From Botryllus schlosseri (Eukaryota): a DNA stretch of 64,000 bases. The translations under genes and the position numbers were made by a program. The stretch spans positions 40,116,001 through 40,180,000 of the forward strand of contig CM119371.1 of assembly GCA_051294905.1 (NCBI GenBank). The letters are read 5' to 3'. Shown one piece after another: positions 62,623-64,000 of this stretch. Position 1 is the first letter of the stretch. The number at the start of each line of letters is the position of its first letter. The notes under the pieces are model-generated. The model was not told where the DNA came from, ran no database searches, and was given only the letters and a program-made list of their open reading frames with translations.

Positions 62623-64000
62623 ATGACTCCTGGAAGAAATAGGAAGAAGTCTGGAAAGGCTTCTCGCGGTGGCCGAAATGGTGTTAATTCAAGGAATTCT
62701 ACTTTGGTGGGTGAAGATAACGTAGATTCGGATCCTAATAGAATTATGGCCGAGGATTACAAGCATGGCCACACCGTGATATCGGACAGGAGAACTAGAG
62801 GAACCTCCGCATTTATTGAAAACATGAAACAAGAGTTTGACTTCCGTGTCAAAGAGGTATTGCGACAGTGCAAATGTTTGAATGACCTGCTAGAGTCACG
62901 GGACGTTCGGGAATATGTTTCAGAAGCATATTTAGATATGCAAAAGAAGTTTGCTCTACTACAAGATTTTTGGATGGATCTTGAGCCTCGTCTAAGGCCA
63001 GAGGAATTGGAAGAAATTTCTCGTTCATTCAAGGATATACAAGATCATGTAGAAGAGACTGGCAACAACGCAAAGGATCATTTGGACGAATACAACGGCG
63101 AAGTGAAGGCGAAGTTCTCTGAGCCCACTCCAAGACGGAATAGGTTCGCTGTACTAGAAGATTCGAACTCTCCCGAAAGAGAGACTGCTCTGCTGGTTGA
63201 ACAAATGAAACGGGACAACGAGCAGAAGATGAAGGACCTGTCTGCTCAGAATCAACGAGACTTGCAAAGGCTAATTGATAGAGGGCGGAAGTCGACACCG
63301 AGTAGTGTACTGGATAACACCGAAAATGTAATGGATAGAGCACCTAATAACGATGGTGCTCATGGGATATATCATGTTAATGCAAATCTGGATCAGGTTT
63401 TGAAGGAATTGGCTGTTTCGAATGCTATGTTGGCGCGATCGTGTGGTCTACCAGAAATTAAGGTTGGTGTTTTTGATGGCAATATTCTTGAATATTTAGC
63501 CTGGGAAACTTCGTTTGATGCATTGATTCAGTCGAAGACATGCAATGTGCATGAGCTCTTGAACTATCTAGAGTCACATCTATCTGGTGAGCCTAAGGAA
63601 ATGATAAAAGGTTTACTGCTCTTGCAGAGTAGAGATGCCTATGAAAAGGCACGTAAGAGATTGAAAAATAGATACGGCAACGACAATGTAGTTGGGAATG
63701 CATTTTTGAATCGACTATCTTCTTGGCCAAAAATCAATGTCAAAGATGGGATTGGTCTGAGAAAATTTGCAGATTTTTTGGATCAAATCGCAGCAGCTGA
63801 GCAGAAAATACCTGCTCTTGGTGTTTTGAACTATGCTATTGAAAGTAATAAAATCATTGGAAAACTACCGCAATTTCTGAGAGGTAAATGGCGGGATGAA
63901 GTTTACAAATGGCGAAGTAAATATGGTGAGGCGTCATATCCACCATTGAAAGAAGTGGCAGGATTTATCGATGTCTGTGCCGAAAAGATGAATATTCCAG
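62623..64000 (+). CDS. gag: BEL/Pao gag(-pol) polyprotein N-terminus (DUF1759-type Gag), open to the window edge; absent from the ORF track
   Basis: MTPGRNRKKS... 459 codons with no stop; LPEIKVGVFDGNILEYLAWETSFDALI, YLESHLSGEPKEMIKG, AYEKARKRLKNRYGN, LSSWPKINVKDGIGLRKFADFL, KLPQFLRGKW. Confidence 0.95.
   Translation, partial: MTPGRNRKKSGKASRGGRNGVNSRNSTLVGEDNVDSDPNRIMAEDYKHGHTVISDRRTRGTSAFIENMKQEFDFRVKEVLRQCKCLNDLLESRDVREYVSEAYLDMQKKFALLQDFWMDLEPRLRPEELEEISRSFKDIQDHVEETGNNAKDHLDEYNGEVKAKFSEPTPRRNRFAVLEDSNSPERETALLVEQMKRDNEQKMKDLSAQNQRDLQRLIDRGRKSTPSSVLDNTENVMDRAPNNDGAHGIYHVNANLDQVLKELAVSNAMLARSCGLPEIKVGVFDGNILEYLAWETSFDALIQSKTCNVHELLNYLESHLSGEPKEMIKGLLLLQSRDAYEKARKRLKNRYGNDNVVGNAFLNRLSSWPKINVKDGIGLRKFADFLDQIAAAEQKIPALGVLNYAIESNKIIGKLPQFLRGKWRDEVYKWRSKYGEASYPPLKEVAGFIDVCAEKMNIP

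Overview
AT-rich eukaryotic (animal-like) genomic DNA made almost entirely of nested transposons; no host gene is confidently identifiable. Best supported: (1) a complete PIF/Harbinger element at 32352-39321 (16-bp TIRs, TAA TSD) with a DDE transposase broken by one homopolymer frameshift and a convergent, apparently intact 7-exon Myb/SANT gene; (2) the 5' LTR and uninterrupted gag of a BEL/Pao retrotransposon running off the right edge; (3) about 15 hAT derivatives, many with 8-bp TSDs, plus Chapaev3-like, Academ-like and L2/CR1 LINE relics; (4) a direct segmental duplication (25484-43547 vs 51985-61993) whose copies show reciprocal empty and filled insertion sites and a stepwise identity gradient. 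The least ordinary region is 6438-15662: a decayed ~9-kb element ending in a Polinton/Maverick-like ...AACTACT terminus. Its last ~450 bp is a 32-bp-period array in which a 9-bp core switches from GGCGA(A/G)TCA to TACGATGTG while the same spacers are reused, and its left break is capped by a 628-bp near-perfect inverted duplication. All alignments and identities were estimated by eye; no searches were run.
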